64,000 bases of DNA from Octopus vulgaris (taxonomy: Eukaryota), in NCBI GenBank assembly GCA_951406725.2, contig OX597814.1, positions 85,684,001-85,748,000 of the forward strand. Reading direction: 5' to 3'. The first letter of the stretch is position 1; the number at the start of each line of letters is the position of its first letter. The notes below the pieces were generated by a model. That model ran no database searches. It saw only the letters and a program-made list of their open reading frames with translations, and was not told the origin of the DNA. Below are positions 1 through 13,517 of the stretch, piece by piece. Position numbers and translations under genes: made by a program.

Positions 1-386
1 ATCAAAGGATGTAGACAATATATTTAGATGTGATTACACTTGTACTCATTCACACACACACACACACAAGCGCTCGCTCATATTCTGCACATTTTAACAA
101 ATACATTATGTGCATTGAGGATGTCAAGACGAGGCGTATGTATGTGTATGCTCCTATGCGTAAACAATTATTCTTCAAATGCATACGTATATATATATAT
201 ATGTGTGTGCAAAGGATTCGTGTATATAAGTCTGTCTGTCTGTATGAGTGTGTGTGTGTTTGTAATCAAGGATATATTACAATCAATATCGCTTTGTAAT
301 TATAAACCTACCAATCTACATATTTACATGAACGATACACATAATCATATAAATAATATAATAGATATTATATTTAGTCAAGAACA

Positions 387-387
<1 letters not shown>

Positions 388-462
<75 letters not shown>

Positions 463-549
463 TATATGTGTGTATATATGTATGTATATATATATATATA
501 CACATACATATATATACTTACATATGTATTCATAAATGTATATAAACCT

Positions 550-638
<89 letters not shown>
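388..638. repeat. (TA)n microsatellite cluster, representative of many TA/CA/CATA tracts across the window
   Basis: Long uninterrupted TA runs read directly; source of the spurious YIYI ORFs. Confidence 0.95.
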
Positions 639-642
<4 letters not shown>

Positions 643-777
643 TGTACACATATGTTTATGCACACAAATAAATTCTTATGAACATAAATATATTTATATG
701 CACACGACCACACACATGTACATACACTCACATATATATAGATGTGGCTACACATATCCATGTACATAATAATTTAG

Positions 778-909
778 GTTCCTAGTAACCAATTTCTTGG
801 ATGTGGAATGGCAAGGAAGTTTCCTGAAGAACAAATTAAATCTTTCGTAAAGCGTTTACTGACACCTATATGGAACGTTCTTAAAGAAATTCTGTTCGGA
901 ATGGTTGAG
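778..909 (+). CDS. Candidate isolated internal coding exon (44 codons, phase 0/0), product unknown
   Basis: tttag|GTT acceptor and GAG|gttaat donor flank 132 bp open as VPSNQFLGCGMARKFPEEQIKSFVKRLLTPIWNVLKEILFGMVE; non-repetitive composition; no recognised homolog. Confidence 0.4.
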
Positions 910-977
910 GTTAATACGTACATTAAATATGTTACCTTTTTTGATATTCTTTTTTCTTTCAATATCTTTGTTTAATA

Positions 978-1210
978 GGCGGTGAGCTGGCAGAAACGTT
1001 ACCACGCCGGGCGAAATGCGTAGCCGTATTTCGTCTGCCGTTACGTTCTGAGTTCAAATTCCGCCGAGGTCGACTTTGCCTTTCATCCTTTCGGGGTCGA
1101 TTAAATAAGTACCAGTTACGCACTGGGGTCGATATAATCGACTTAATCCGTGTATCTGTCCTTCTTTGTCCCCTCTGTGTGTAGCCCCTTGTGGGCAGTA
1201 AAGAAATAGG
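978..1210 (+). mobile_element. tRNA-derived SINE family A (Meta-domain-like core), followed by a partial second copy to ~1490
   Basis: A-box-like GGTGAGCTGGCAGAAACGTT, B-box GAGTTCAAATTCC, core GGTCGACTTTGCCTTTCATCCTTTCGGGGTCGAT...AAGTACCAG; about 15 copies in the window. Confidence 0.85.
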
Positions 1211-1614
1211 AATAATCGACTTAATCATTTTTTTGTTCTTGTTTGTCTCCTCTGTATTTAGCCCCTTGTGGGCAATAAAGAAATAAGAAACGTTATTACG
1301 CTGAGCGAAATGCTTAGCAGTATTTCGGCTGTCTTTATCTTCTGAGTTCAAATTCCCCCGAAGTCGACTTTGCCTTTCATCCTTCCGGGGTCGATAAATT
1401 AAGTACCAGTTGCGTACAGGAGTCGATCTAATCTATTGGCACCCCCTCCTCAAAAATTTCGGGCCTTGTGCCTAGAGTACAAAAGAATATTTTTGTTTAA
1501 TCAAAATATAGGATTTAGTCTGTAAGGTATTAATGTTTTTATAGTTTGAACACGCTAAGGTACTCTGTAGTAATTTATTTAAAAGATCTGGTATTATAAA
1601 CTGTCTTTTAGCCT

Positions 1615-1861
1615 TTATCTTTTACATGTTTCAGTCATTAGACTGCGGCCATGCTAGGGCACCGCCTTCATAAATTTTAATCGAACTTACCGACGCCATT
1701 ATTTAATATTATTATTATTAATGTTTTTTTGTAAAGCCTTGTACTTATTCTATCGTTCTCTTTTTTGCTGAGCCGCTAAGTTACGGGGACGTAAATACAT
1801 CAACGGCGGTTGTGAAGGGGTGATAGGGGACAAACACATACACAAAGACACACACATACAC

Positions 1862-1943
<82 letters not shown>

Positions 1944-2100
1944 GTACATGCGACAGGCTTCTTTCAGCTTCTGTCTACCAAATCCACTCGCAAGACTTTG
2001 GTCACCCTGAGGGTGTAGTAGAACATACATGTCCACGGTATGATTGAACCTGGGACCATGTAGTTGGGAAACAAACTTCTTACCTCACAGCCACGCTTAC
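1615..2100 (-). mobile_element. SINE family B (tRNA-derived, internal (TA)n/(TG)n microsatellite)
   Basis: Aligns by eye to family B copies at 5140, 41330 and 51378; diverged. Confidence 0.75.
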
Positions 2101-3519
2101 ACCAGCACACAAATTACGATTTTGTCCTTCAAGTAGGAATTACAGCGGATTGAACTGATTCATTTACTTATTCATACAAAATCCTCGAGATAGACAACAT
2201 ACTTGGTTTTGCGCTGTGGGGCTACGACGAAATACAGATTTCCTATCTCATGAAGTATTAATACAAAACTGACCATGAAAAATAAAAGACATGGTGTGCC
2301 CGGTTCACTTCAATAATACTCAGTGATTGCTTTTAAGATTTATTAATGGTCTTAGCAATATGTCTTATGATATTTAATTACAAAATAGCAAACCAATTGG
2401 CTTCGATGGTATTTTGCGAATAAAACAATTACGGCCTGCAGCTTTTCCTGACATGATTGTAAGCAGCAGGACATGAGGCATCATATATATATATATATAT
2501 ATACTGGACGTAGTTTTGTTTTATTTCTCTCTTCCATATTTTCCTTTTTCAAAAATATTTCTCCCAGCGTTCACTATTTTCCTTTCGTTCTGGTCTAACG
2601 CCCCTCCACCATGTTTGTTTTCGTTCAGTTTCTTTGTATCTCTCCACTGTCCTGTTTTTGTTCCCAACTTTGACCCTCCATAAATCATAAATTTTATTTT
2701 AGAATTTATGGAAGCAACAGTCTTTGAAGACTCCTATTATCGTTGAATACTCGAAATGACGAGTAGATAGATAGCCGACAAATTATGAAGGGTCCTTTCT
2801 CTGCGTTTACTTGTCCTGTTTTCCATTTTTTTCTCTCATTGTTTACGTATTTAACTCGTTTGTCTACGTATTTCATGTTTTTTACACAGTTGGTGACGTC
2901 CTGTATCCATAAATGCATATGCATATATATATAAAATCCGTTCTGACAGTTTGTGCGCTTATAACTCGAGTATTGTTCATCCAATCGCGTTGAAATTTTA
3001 AATATGGATACATGAGAGAGTGGGGCGTTCCATAATCTAAAAAAAATTTCAAAATAGTTAGTTTCAAGGTGAGAATCGCTATTTTTGTAATCATTTTGTC
3101 CTGTTTGTTCCGTCATTAAAATCAACCAATCACAAAATATTCTAATGATGATTCAGTTAGATTCGGCAAAAACATTCTTCAGAGAACCCGGCCTGCTACC
3201 AATTCTGCTAGCCGCCTTAAGTGATTATGTAATATTACGACATATTGTACAGGTTGAGTACTACGGTCGATGTTATCAACTTATTCCTTCCCCGAAATTG
3301 CTGGCCTTGTATCAAAATTTGAAATCAATATTACAACGTACAAAATGGGATTCATGTTCATCTTGTTATTCCCCAGAATGTTGCCTAGAAATCTCAGATT
3401 TCTAAAACACCTTTAACCTAATAAACATAATACATACATACATACATACATACATACATACATACATACATACATACATACATACGCACATACATACATG
3501 TATATATATATATATCTTT

Positions 3520-3965
3520 TATCTTTTACTTTATACCTATTTCAGGGATTAGACCGTGGCATTGCTGGAGCACCGCTTTGAAGTTTTAGTCGAAGGAATC
3601 AACCGCAGTACTTACTTTTAAGCCTGGTACTCACTCAACCAGTCTCTTTTGCCAAACAGCTAAGTTACGGGGACGTAAAGACACTAACACCAGTTGTCAA
3701 GTGGTGATGGGGAGACAAACACACACACGCACACATACACGCAGACACACACATGAACACACACACGCGCACACACACACACATATATATATATATATAC
3801 GTACATACATACGTACATATATGTGTGTGTGTGTATGTGTGTGTACGACATATTCTTTCAGTTTCCGGCTACCAAGTCCAGTCACAAGGCTTTGGTCGGC
3901 CCGAAGCTATAGTAGAAAACACTTGGTCAAGGTGCTACGCAGTGGGATTGAACCCGGAATCATGT
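3520..3965 (-). mobile_element. SINE family B, 5'-truncated
   Basis: TTCTTTCAGTTTCCG..CACAAGGCTTTGGTCGGCCCG..CGCAGTGGGATTGAACCCGG with internal CA/TA tract. Confidence 0.75.
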
Positions 3966-4087
3966 GTGTGTGTACACACACACACACATATATATATACA
4001 TATATGTATTAATATCATTAATAAAAATATGCATATACTGATCTTTGAGTTCTATTTTTCCTGTTTGCAACGACATACATATATGTA

Positions 4088-4330
4088 CAGAAATCAATCT
4101 GTAAGTGGAACGCTAAAAATATGCAAGACTTTTCTCAAGTTTAAAATGTGACGTTGTGTTTGTTATCTATATTCCAAAGATGGATCAGTGTTTCTTTATT
4201 GGAAATCAACTGCTTCCTCAGAGGAAGAATTTCAATAAGTAAAAATAGAACTTACATACCTACAGGCATACTAGAAACCGGCTTTTTCTCTATTGGAAAG
4301 AAATCTTGAAATAAAACTGAATAATGGCAT
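4088..4330 (+). mobile_element. 3' end of RLE-clade non-LTR retrotransposon followed by (CATA)n
   Basis: NQSVSGTLKICKTFLKFKM* C-terminus; 3' UTR TTCTCTATTGGAAAGAAATCTTGAAATAAAACTGAATAATGG shared with the next copy. Confidence 0.6.
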
Positions 4331-4452
4331 ACATACATACATACATACATACATACATACATACATACATACATACATACATACGTACGTACATACATAC
4401 ATACATACATACATACATACATACATAAATACATACATACATACATACATAC

Positions 4453-4797
4453 ATATTGGGGCACTGACTAAATACTAATACACACTGCCTAAATACTAAT
4501 CTTGAGAAATTAGGCTCCTCAAACCAGAAAGAAGAAAGCTGATTCGAAGACTACAAATCCAGGACATCACTGGAACTGTAAAAATCTGTAAAACTTTCCA
4601 AAAGTTATATGAGCATGTTTATATGAGCATGTTTAGACATGCAACTATATTCATAAAACTAAACATACAAACCTGTAAATATACACACAAAAATATCCTG
4701 TTGATGTTAAATTTCCAATGAAGGAGACTAAAATCTAGGTTAGAAACCAATCCTTTCTCTATTGGCAAAAAATCTCGAAATAAAACGGACTAATGAC
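4453..4797 (+). mobile_element. Second 3' end of the same RLE non-LTR family, flanked by (CATA)n on both sides
   Basis: IGAL...NTNLEKLG...RKLIRRLQIQDITGTVKICKTFQK, resembling the PIIIGALG end of RLE endonucleases; same 3' UTR. Confidence 0.65.
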
Positions 4798-4839
4798 ATA
4801 CATACATACATACATACATACATACATACATACATACAT

Positions 4840-4872
<33 letters not shown>

Positions 4873-4902
4873 TACATACATACACATACATACATACATA
4901 CA

Positions 4903-4934
<32 letters not shown>

Positions 4935-5139
4935 CGCTAGCTGTTCATTGGTACACTGCTTTTTGACGAAAAGTAAGTCTATTGACTTTGAACAATTTAC
5001 CCTCTATGTGTTTTTTCTTATATATTGTTTTTTATTGGACTACGGCCATACTAGTGTATGCATGTATGCATACGAGTGTATGTATGTAAGCATGTATGTA
5101 TGTGTATGTATGTATGCATGTATTTATGCATGTATACTC

Positions 5140-5346
5140 TTTTACTCTTTTACTTGTTTCAGTCATTTGACTGCGGCCATGCTGGAGCACCGCCTTTAAT
5201 CGAGCAACTCGACCCCGGGACTTATTCTTTTGTAAGCCCAGTACTTATTCTATCGGTCTCTTTTGCCGAACCGCTAAGTAACGGAGACATAAACACACCA
5301 GCATCGGTTGTCAAGCAATGCTAGGGGGACAAACACAGACACACAA

Positions 5347-5389
<43 letters not shown>

Positions 5390-5543
5390 CGACAGGCTTC
5401 TCTCAGTTTCCGTCTAACAAATCCACTCACAAGGCTTTGGTCGGCCCGAGGCTATAGTAGAAGATACTTGCCCAAGGTGCCACGCAGTGGGACTGAACCC
5501 AGAACAATGTGGTTGGTAAACAAGCTACTTACCACATAGCCAC
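5140..5543 (-). mobile_element. SINE family B, near full length
   Basis: Head GTGGCTATGTGGTAAGTAGCTTG...GGGTTCAGTCCCACTGCGTGGCACCTTGGGCAAG, internal microsatellite, tail GCTCCAGCATGGCCGCAGTCAAATGACTGAAACAAGTAAAAGAG. Confidence 0.85.
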
Positions 5544-5696
5544 ATGTGTATGTATATATTTTTGTATGTACGCATGTATGTTTTTTGTGTATGCAGGTAT
5601 TCATGTAGTTATTAGGGCGTCCAACAAAACATCATGCGGAGTTTGTCACGCCTCTTTATGTTCTGAGTTCAAATCTTACCAAAGTCAATTTTTAAG

Positions 5697-5900
5697 GCGG
5701 CGAGCTGGTAGAATCGTTAGCACACTGGACGAAATGCTGGTAAGTCCGTCCTTATCGTTCTGAGTTCAAATTCCATCGAGGTCGACTTTGCCTTTCATCC
5801 TCTCGAGATCGATGAAGTAAATACCAGTTACGCACTGGAGTTGATGTAATCGACTTACCCCATTCGAATTAGAGGTCCTGTGCCTATAGTAGACAGGATT

Positions 5901-5992
<92 letters not shown>

Positions 5993-5995
5993 TAC

Positions 5996-6043
<48 letters not shown>

Positions 6044-6054
6044 CATCACCATCA

Positions 6055-6137
<83 letters not shown>

Positions 6138-6360
6138 TTATATTAAGGACGGCAAGGTGGCAGGATCGTTAGCAAGACAGGTAAAATGATTAGCGGAATT
6201 TCATCCGTCTTCACGTTCTGGGTTCGAATTCCGCCGGTGTCGAAGTTGCTTTTCATCTTTTCGGGGTCTAAAATAAGTACCAGTCGAGCACTGTGGTCGA
6301 TATAATAGACTTAGCCCCTCCACCAAAACTGTTGGCCTTTTGTCAAAAATTGAGACCATT
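5697..6360 (+). mobile_element. Two SINE family A copies separated by a (CTT)n(ATT)n tract
   Basis: Family A heads at ~5697 and ~6147; triplet tract 5899-6136. Confidence 0.75.
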
Positions 6361-6905
6361 ATTATCATCATTCGAAACCACACCGTATTCATCCATAGCT
6401 GGACTAATACTTCTATATATGAACGTGTAGCATGCTCAGTACAGATAAATATATATCGATAACTTTGTCTCTCCTCCTGCATGCGTTTGTGTTAGTATGA
6501 GACTGAATGCGTACAAGAAAGTTTTTGTGTTCGCTATTATTTTTGTGTACGAGTGTAGTCAAGATATTTCTAATGTACTTCAGATATGAAATATGTGTAT
6601 ATAATATATCGTCTGAATGTATACGTATTTCACGGCGGATATGTATGTATGCTCGTGTTTGTGTGTGTGTGAATGTTCATATACATATATACATGCATAG
6701 ATACATACATACATATATACAAACATACATACATACATACATGCATACATATATGCGTGTATGCCTGAATAAGTATATAAACACATTTATACAGGCATAC
6801 GCTTGAACGCACAGTCATACACACTCACACACAAAATGATAGATAATATAATAGTCAATTCCTACACACTGGAATATATATATATATATATATACTTCAT
6901 TTTTT

Positions 6906-6950
<45 letters not shown>

Positions 6951-6998
6951 TATATATACATATATATACACACACATATATATATGTATATATATATA

Positions 6999-7031
<33 letters not shown>

Positions 7032-7064
7032 GCATATGCATATAGACATACATATATACATATA

Positions 7065-7104
<40 letters not shown>

Positions 7105-7527
7105 CATATATGTATATATATAAATATACATATACATGTGTGTTTATATGTGTGTATGTGTGTTTGTGGGGCGTGGTGAAGATAAGAGTGGGAAACTTTG
7201 CGGATGTTTGCTGCGATTCTTCTCATATTGAATCGGATTCCTGTCAATTGTCGATCTTAACTTTCCACGAAGCAGCGACAAATCTGATTTTGAACTCGGC
7301 ACCATTTCAATAGAAAACTAATAAAATAAAAATTAATAAAAACAAAATGTAAATGGATAAAAAAGCTATCGATATAAAAGAAAAACTAGCCAGGAAAATT
7401 CTTGCAATAAGAAAAAAATATATAGTTATAATGTGATAATAATAGCACAAGAAAAGGAATAACAGTAATATTATTAGTGATAATGATGATAATGGGAATA
7501 ATAGTAATAATAATAATAATAATAATC

Positions 7528-7581
<54 letters not shown>

Positions 7582-7638
7582 GTAATAGTGCTGATGATGA
7601 TGATGACGACGACTACCATCACAATGGTGATGAAAGTG

Positions 7639-7694
<56 letters not shown>

Positions 7695-7933
7695 GAAAAA
7701 GCGATAACGGTGACGACGACGAAGAGGATGATGATGATGATGATGATGATGAGGTAGAGGAGGAGGAGGAAGAAGAAGAAAAGAAAGAGGAGTGCAGACG
7801 GAAGGAAAAGTACAAAAAAAAAAATGATTGACAAATATGGCGAAATTTGAAAAAATGAAAAAAACTTTAAATTCTTACGTCATTTCATTTATTTACTTCG
7901 ATGAAAATTAAGTCTACATAGGCATGTTTAAAG

Positions 7934-7965
<32 letters not shown>

Positions 7966-8489
7966 TCATATGTATGTATGTATGTATGTATGTATGCATA
8001 TATCTATATACGGATATATATATATATATACACATACTTATATATATACATATATATATGTATATATATATGTTTGTATCTATATGCATATATATATCTG
8101 TCTCTATATCTATCTATCATCTATATATCTGTTTATGAGTATGCGTATGTGTGTGTGTGACTATACACCTATACACATATTGAGCGATACAAATGCATAT
8201 ACATATATATACACTTATATATAATATATACATGTGCGTATAAATGCATGCATATACATATATGTATATATATGCATGCATATACATATATGTATATATA
8301 TGTGCATATGTATACATATATGTATATATATGTATATATATGCATGGATATACGTATATGTATATATATATGTATAAATGTATGTCTTAATATATATATA
8401 TATATATTATATATATATATATATTTATGTATGTATATGTATATATGTATAGATGTATGCACTTATATATATTTATATGTATATGTATG

Positions 8490-8529
<40 letters not shown>

Positions 8530-8649
8530 TTTATGCGCGTCTTTCTCTGTCTGTCTGTATATATATATGTATATGCATATATATATATACATATACATTT
8601 ATATGCACATATCTATCTATCTATCTTTATATATATATATATATATATT

Positions 8650-8688
<39 letters not shown>

Positions 8689-9031
8689 CACACACACACA
8701 TATATATATATGCATGCATATGATATAAATGTGTGTGTATTTGTGTGTGTGTTTGTGTGTGTGTGTGTATGTTTGTAAGTATGTATGTATTGAATGTATA
8801 TTTATGTACACATATTTATAGTGAGAGGAAGAATGATGCCAGCTAGAGACATCCCAACCACAGTCTACCTTTCTAGTATGGTTGAGAGTATTGTACAGCG
8901 CTTCTTTTTAATACATTTAGTACATTTTTTCTATCAATATGGCATCTATAAATTTATCTCACCTCTTCCAGTGCCAAGCTCCGTCAGGACTTATAGAATT
9001 ATAGAATAGAAATCCAATTGCTATTATTGTA

Positions 9032-9120
<89 letters not shown>

Positions 9121-9129
9121 TGTTATTAT

Positions 9130-11024
9130 TGCCTTTGCACATCTTCTAACGCTGGAGATGTTCTATGGTGCCAGCTGTTCACTACCAGTGAACTAAGGTA
9201 GCACCTCTTATATTTCGAGCACCCTTCCGGAGTATTCGAGCGGATCCAAGCAGTGCTGTTTTCTGCAAGTGGTTCACCCTTATCGCAGCCCCTATTTGTT
9301 CTACGTACTTCTCGAGATTTTTGCTCACTGTTCCCAGGGATCCGACAATTATTGGTACTATTGTTATCTTTTTCATCGAGCACTTAACTTCCCAAGAAAG
9401 AAATGTCTCTCAACTTTTCTTTCTTCCTTATCGTATACCTTATTGTCAGCTAGGCATGCTATGTGTATGATCCAGCTTAGTTTGTTTTCTTTCTCATTTA
9501 AGTCCTGCTTCCTATTCTCAATCTCATGGTCGCACTGAATCATAGGATCTTTGCATTTCTATTTTCAACAATGCCTTCAGGTTTGTGGTCGTACAAATTT
9601 TTTGCTCTGTCAAGACCATATTTGTTGCAAAGTGTCCAATAATCCAAGAACGTGGGATCATATCATACGCCTTACGATAGTCGATCCATGACATGGCTAA
9701 GTTACTATTCCTCCTCTTGCAGTCTCTGAGTACAGTTTTATCAATCAGGAGTTGATCCTTGGTACCTCTGCACTTTCGCTCGCAACTCTTCTGCTCATGT
9801 AGCAGGACTTCCTTTTTTTTACCAGATGATCGTACATTGACTCTGCGTTTCGATGTTTTTCAGGCACAGCACTGATCTACCCAATGTCAACCACACTGAT
9901 GTTGCTTGGTCGGCATTTAACAAGGTGTTGAGTTGCGCAGCTATTCGTGCATGACATTCACCAAATATTTTGATCCAGTAGCCTTGAACTCCATCTGGTC
10001 CCGGGGCCTTCCAGTTGCTCATTTTTTGCTGATTTCCTTCACTTCCCTAACTGAAATGACTAGTTCTGCCTGTTTTTGGACAGACTACTGTTTGTTTCAG
10101 TTCTTGCAACCATTCAGCATCCTTCTTGTGCTTTTGTCTTTGCTCCAGATGTCACTCCAAAACCTTTGACTTTCAATGTTATCTGGTATCAATTTTTCAT
10201 CTGTACACCCTTATTATTTCTTTATAAGATCTCTTCTGATCTACTTTGAATAACCTATTCCGGTGGTAACCCTTCATTCTTTGGTCGTATCTTAACATCT
10301 TTGTTTTCTTTGCAACGAGGCGCTGTTTCAGTTCCTCCACTACTACTTTCAGACCCTTTCTTTTAATATTATACTTCCTTTTCAGCGCACTGTATTTTTG
10401 TTCGCTTTTAAGTTCCCCTTTCTATTTTCGGTCTAACACAGAGATTTCCTTCGAGAGCATGTCTAACCCTGCTTGGATTCTTCTTTTTCACCATGGATCT
10501 TTTCTTTTGTCACTCCCATTGTGTTTCCATTTCTTGACATCGACGCCCACTTTTTCTACTACAACAGCACTTGCTGCCTAGATCAAATTATTTGTTTCTG
10601 TGATGTTGTTTGTTCTGATGTATTTCAGAATTTCCTTGACATTTTTCGTTTCTTGGTTCAATTTCCATCGATCAACCTTTTTGAGGTTGCAAATAATGTC
10701 GCTATCGTTCTCCTGTAGTCTTACCTTTATTCTGTCGTAGATTGCCTTATTGTCTTCTTTTAGATCATCTATATGTCTATTATCAGGTAAGCTACCACTG
10801 CTCCTTTCCTGTGCTATGAGATTACTCTTATTAGTAAGAACTGTATTTTCATTCTTATCTATGCTGCTATTGTGCATGACCCGTCTTTTGATAGCTTCTG
10901 TAAACCAACAATTTTTTTCTTATTGCTCTAGCTTTATCACATAGTATCTGTTCCGTGAGTTGAAACAATCCATTTTCTCTCCAACGATCATACATACGTT
11001 GTCGGTAACCCCTAATTTGAGCAC

Positions 11025-11025
<1 letters not shown>
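9130..11025 (-). mobile_element. Decayed R4/Dong-clade non-LTR retrotransposon (RT + restriction-like endonuclease), internally deleted
   Basis: [45 protein letters not shown] (RT); [37 protein letters not shown] (RLE); frameshifts and stops; (TTA)n on both sides. Confidence 0.88.
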
Positions 11026-11090
<65 letters not shown>

Positions 11091-11218
11091 CGTTGTTGTT
11101 GTTGTTATCATTATTAATGTTGTTTTTCTTTTGCTTCTTTTAAAAAATATTAATCGATTTAACGCTCCTCAAGAGTTACCATTCATCAGCATCACATAGT
11201 AGAAGCATCAACAATAAT

Positions 11219-11272
<54 letters not shown>

Positions 11273-11422
11273 CACCACCACCACCACTTCCACCAACGCC
11301 ATCCCCACCAACTACAACTACATTAACAGCAACATGAGTATCTACAGGGCTGGCCACCTTAATAGTGCCCTTCATGGCTGTGGCAAATATTTAAGAGCAT
11401 ATCTATGGTACATGTATATTAT

Positions 11423-12272
11423 ATTACATGGAAAAATGCAAGCAAGAGAAATAATATTCTTAAGATTATAAACCTGGAAAAGTACAGGACAAATTATTAC
11501 ATCTGGTAAAGTACAGAGCAGGAAAATTTTTACTTAAAATTTTGCAGCTAAGGATAAAATTTCAAATAAAATATTTAAAATTAGAAAATATTAACTTTTA
11601 TTAAAACTAAATATTTTATTGCAAGTTATTTGTTATTTGTTATTACTTACTAATTCTATCAAAAATAAGAAAGATATAACTCAAAATATTTTTTGCACTT
11701 TAAAAAAAATTCATTTTTTTAATTATTAATTATTAATTAGAAATTTGGAAATAGGTTATAAAAAATAATAGTAGTACATAATTAGTTAGTACAATAAATA
11801 GAATAATACAAAAATTAGTTATATATTACAGTAAAATCTACCTATAACAACAAATTCATAGTAAAATCTGCTTGAGTTATTGTCTAAGTTATTGCCATGT
11901 CTTCACATTTTTCGTCTTGAACAATGCCTATTTTTTTACATAATGAATTTGCCTACCATATATACTATTCTTGTTTGCATTAAACTTTAACTTACATTGG
12001 TACTTCGGGCTCTCGTTTTTTAAGTACTCTAGTGTGTCAACATATTAACAAAATGATATCTTTTTTAATCATAATGTTACTTTGTAAATTAAAATTAAAT
12101 ATTTTTTAATATTCAAATTTTATCCTTAGCTGCAATATTTTAAGTAAAAATTTTCTTGTTCTCTTCTTTACCAGATGTCCTGAACTTTTCCATATGTAAT
12201 ATCTTGTCCTGTACTTTTCCAGATTTATAATTTTAAGAATATTTTTTCTCTTGCTCGCATTTTCCATGTAAT
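11423..12272. repeat. Diverged inverted repeat (arms ~11423-11575 and ~12097-12272) in AT-rich DNA-transposon-like relic
   Basis: ATTACATGGAAAAATGCAAGCAAGAGAAA...TGCAGCTAAGGATAAAATTT matches the reverse complement of the right arm. Confidence 0.75.
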
Positions 12273-13486
12273 CCATGCTTTTCACAGGTTATGCTATTAT
12301 GCTAATTAATAATGTGTCAATTAATAATTTAAGATTTTACCTCATTGAAAATTGAATAATAAATTTAATAAATGTCTAAATATTTTAATTTTTTCTTTTT
12401 TTGATTCAATTATTATTATTATTGAATTAAAATAAAAAGTTTTAATCTAAAAAATAAAAATAAGATTAGTTAAACTAAATGCAAATTAACGATATTGTTG
12501 ATAATTTTTTCTTACCTCAGTGATGCCGGTGACATATATTAAAGGGCCCCTTATAAATCTGTATTCATCAAAAAATATAGAACTATATTATCACCCTCAA
12601 ATTTGGGAAACAAACACATGTTTTTTTCTTTTAAGACTTCATTGCATGAGATTGATATCAGGAGATTCCTCCAATTGAGATCTATCATTTAAGCCTAATT
12701 AAAATTTGCTTGATTTAAAATAAAAAAGTTAATAATACTTAAATCCAATTTTTGCCTTACTCATTTTTTCATGATATTTTACCTCACAACGTTTTTGATA
12801 CAAATTTTTGTTGTATGGGATCAAAACTATGAAATTCCTCATGCTTTTATGTATCATTGAAGCTAAGATGAATATATATTTAAAATAAAAAAATATTAAG
12901 ATCTAAACTTGATTGGAGGCATTATTTACTCTCCCATAATGTTGCTAGAAATTTTGATATAACATTTTCCTACTGGACCAAATCTCAATTTGTTTATGCC
13001 AAAATGTAGCTAGGGGCCAGTCCTCTTCAAAAATGTCAATAGTTTTCTATTTCGTTAACAGAATTTGCGACAAAGCTCTGAAAGATGCTGTGTGTGACTC
13101 AATTGTGACATTAAGAATACCATTCAACTACTACTGCAGTTAATTGGTAATATATAGTTTATACTTATATATATATATTCTTTTATTTGTTTCAGTCATT
13201 TGACTGCGGCCATACCGGAGCACCGCCTTTTAGTCGAATCAATCGACCCCAGGACTTATTCTTTGTAAGCCTAGTATATATTTTATCGGTCTCATTTGCC
13301 GAACCGCTAGGTTACGGGGACATACACTCACCAGCACCGGTTGTCAATCGATGTTGGGAGAACAAAGACAGATACACAAGCATATACAAACACACACACA
13401 CACATATATATATATACATACATACATACACATACATATATACATGCATATATGTGCATATATAGAGATATAGCTAGATACATGCG

Positions 13487-13514
<28 letters not shown>

Positions 13515-13517
<3 letters not shown>

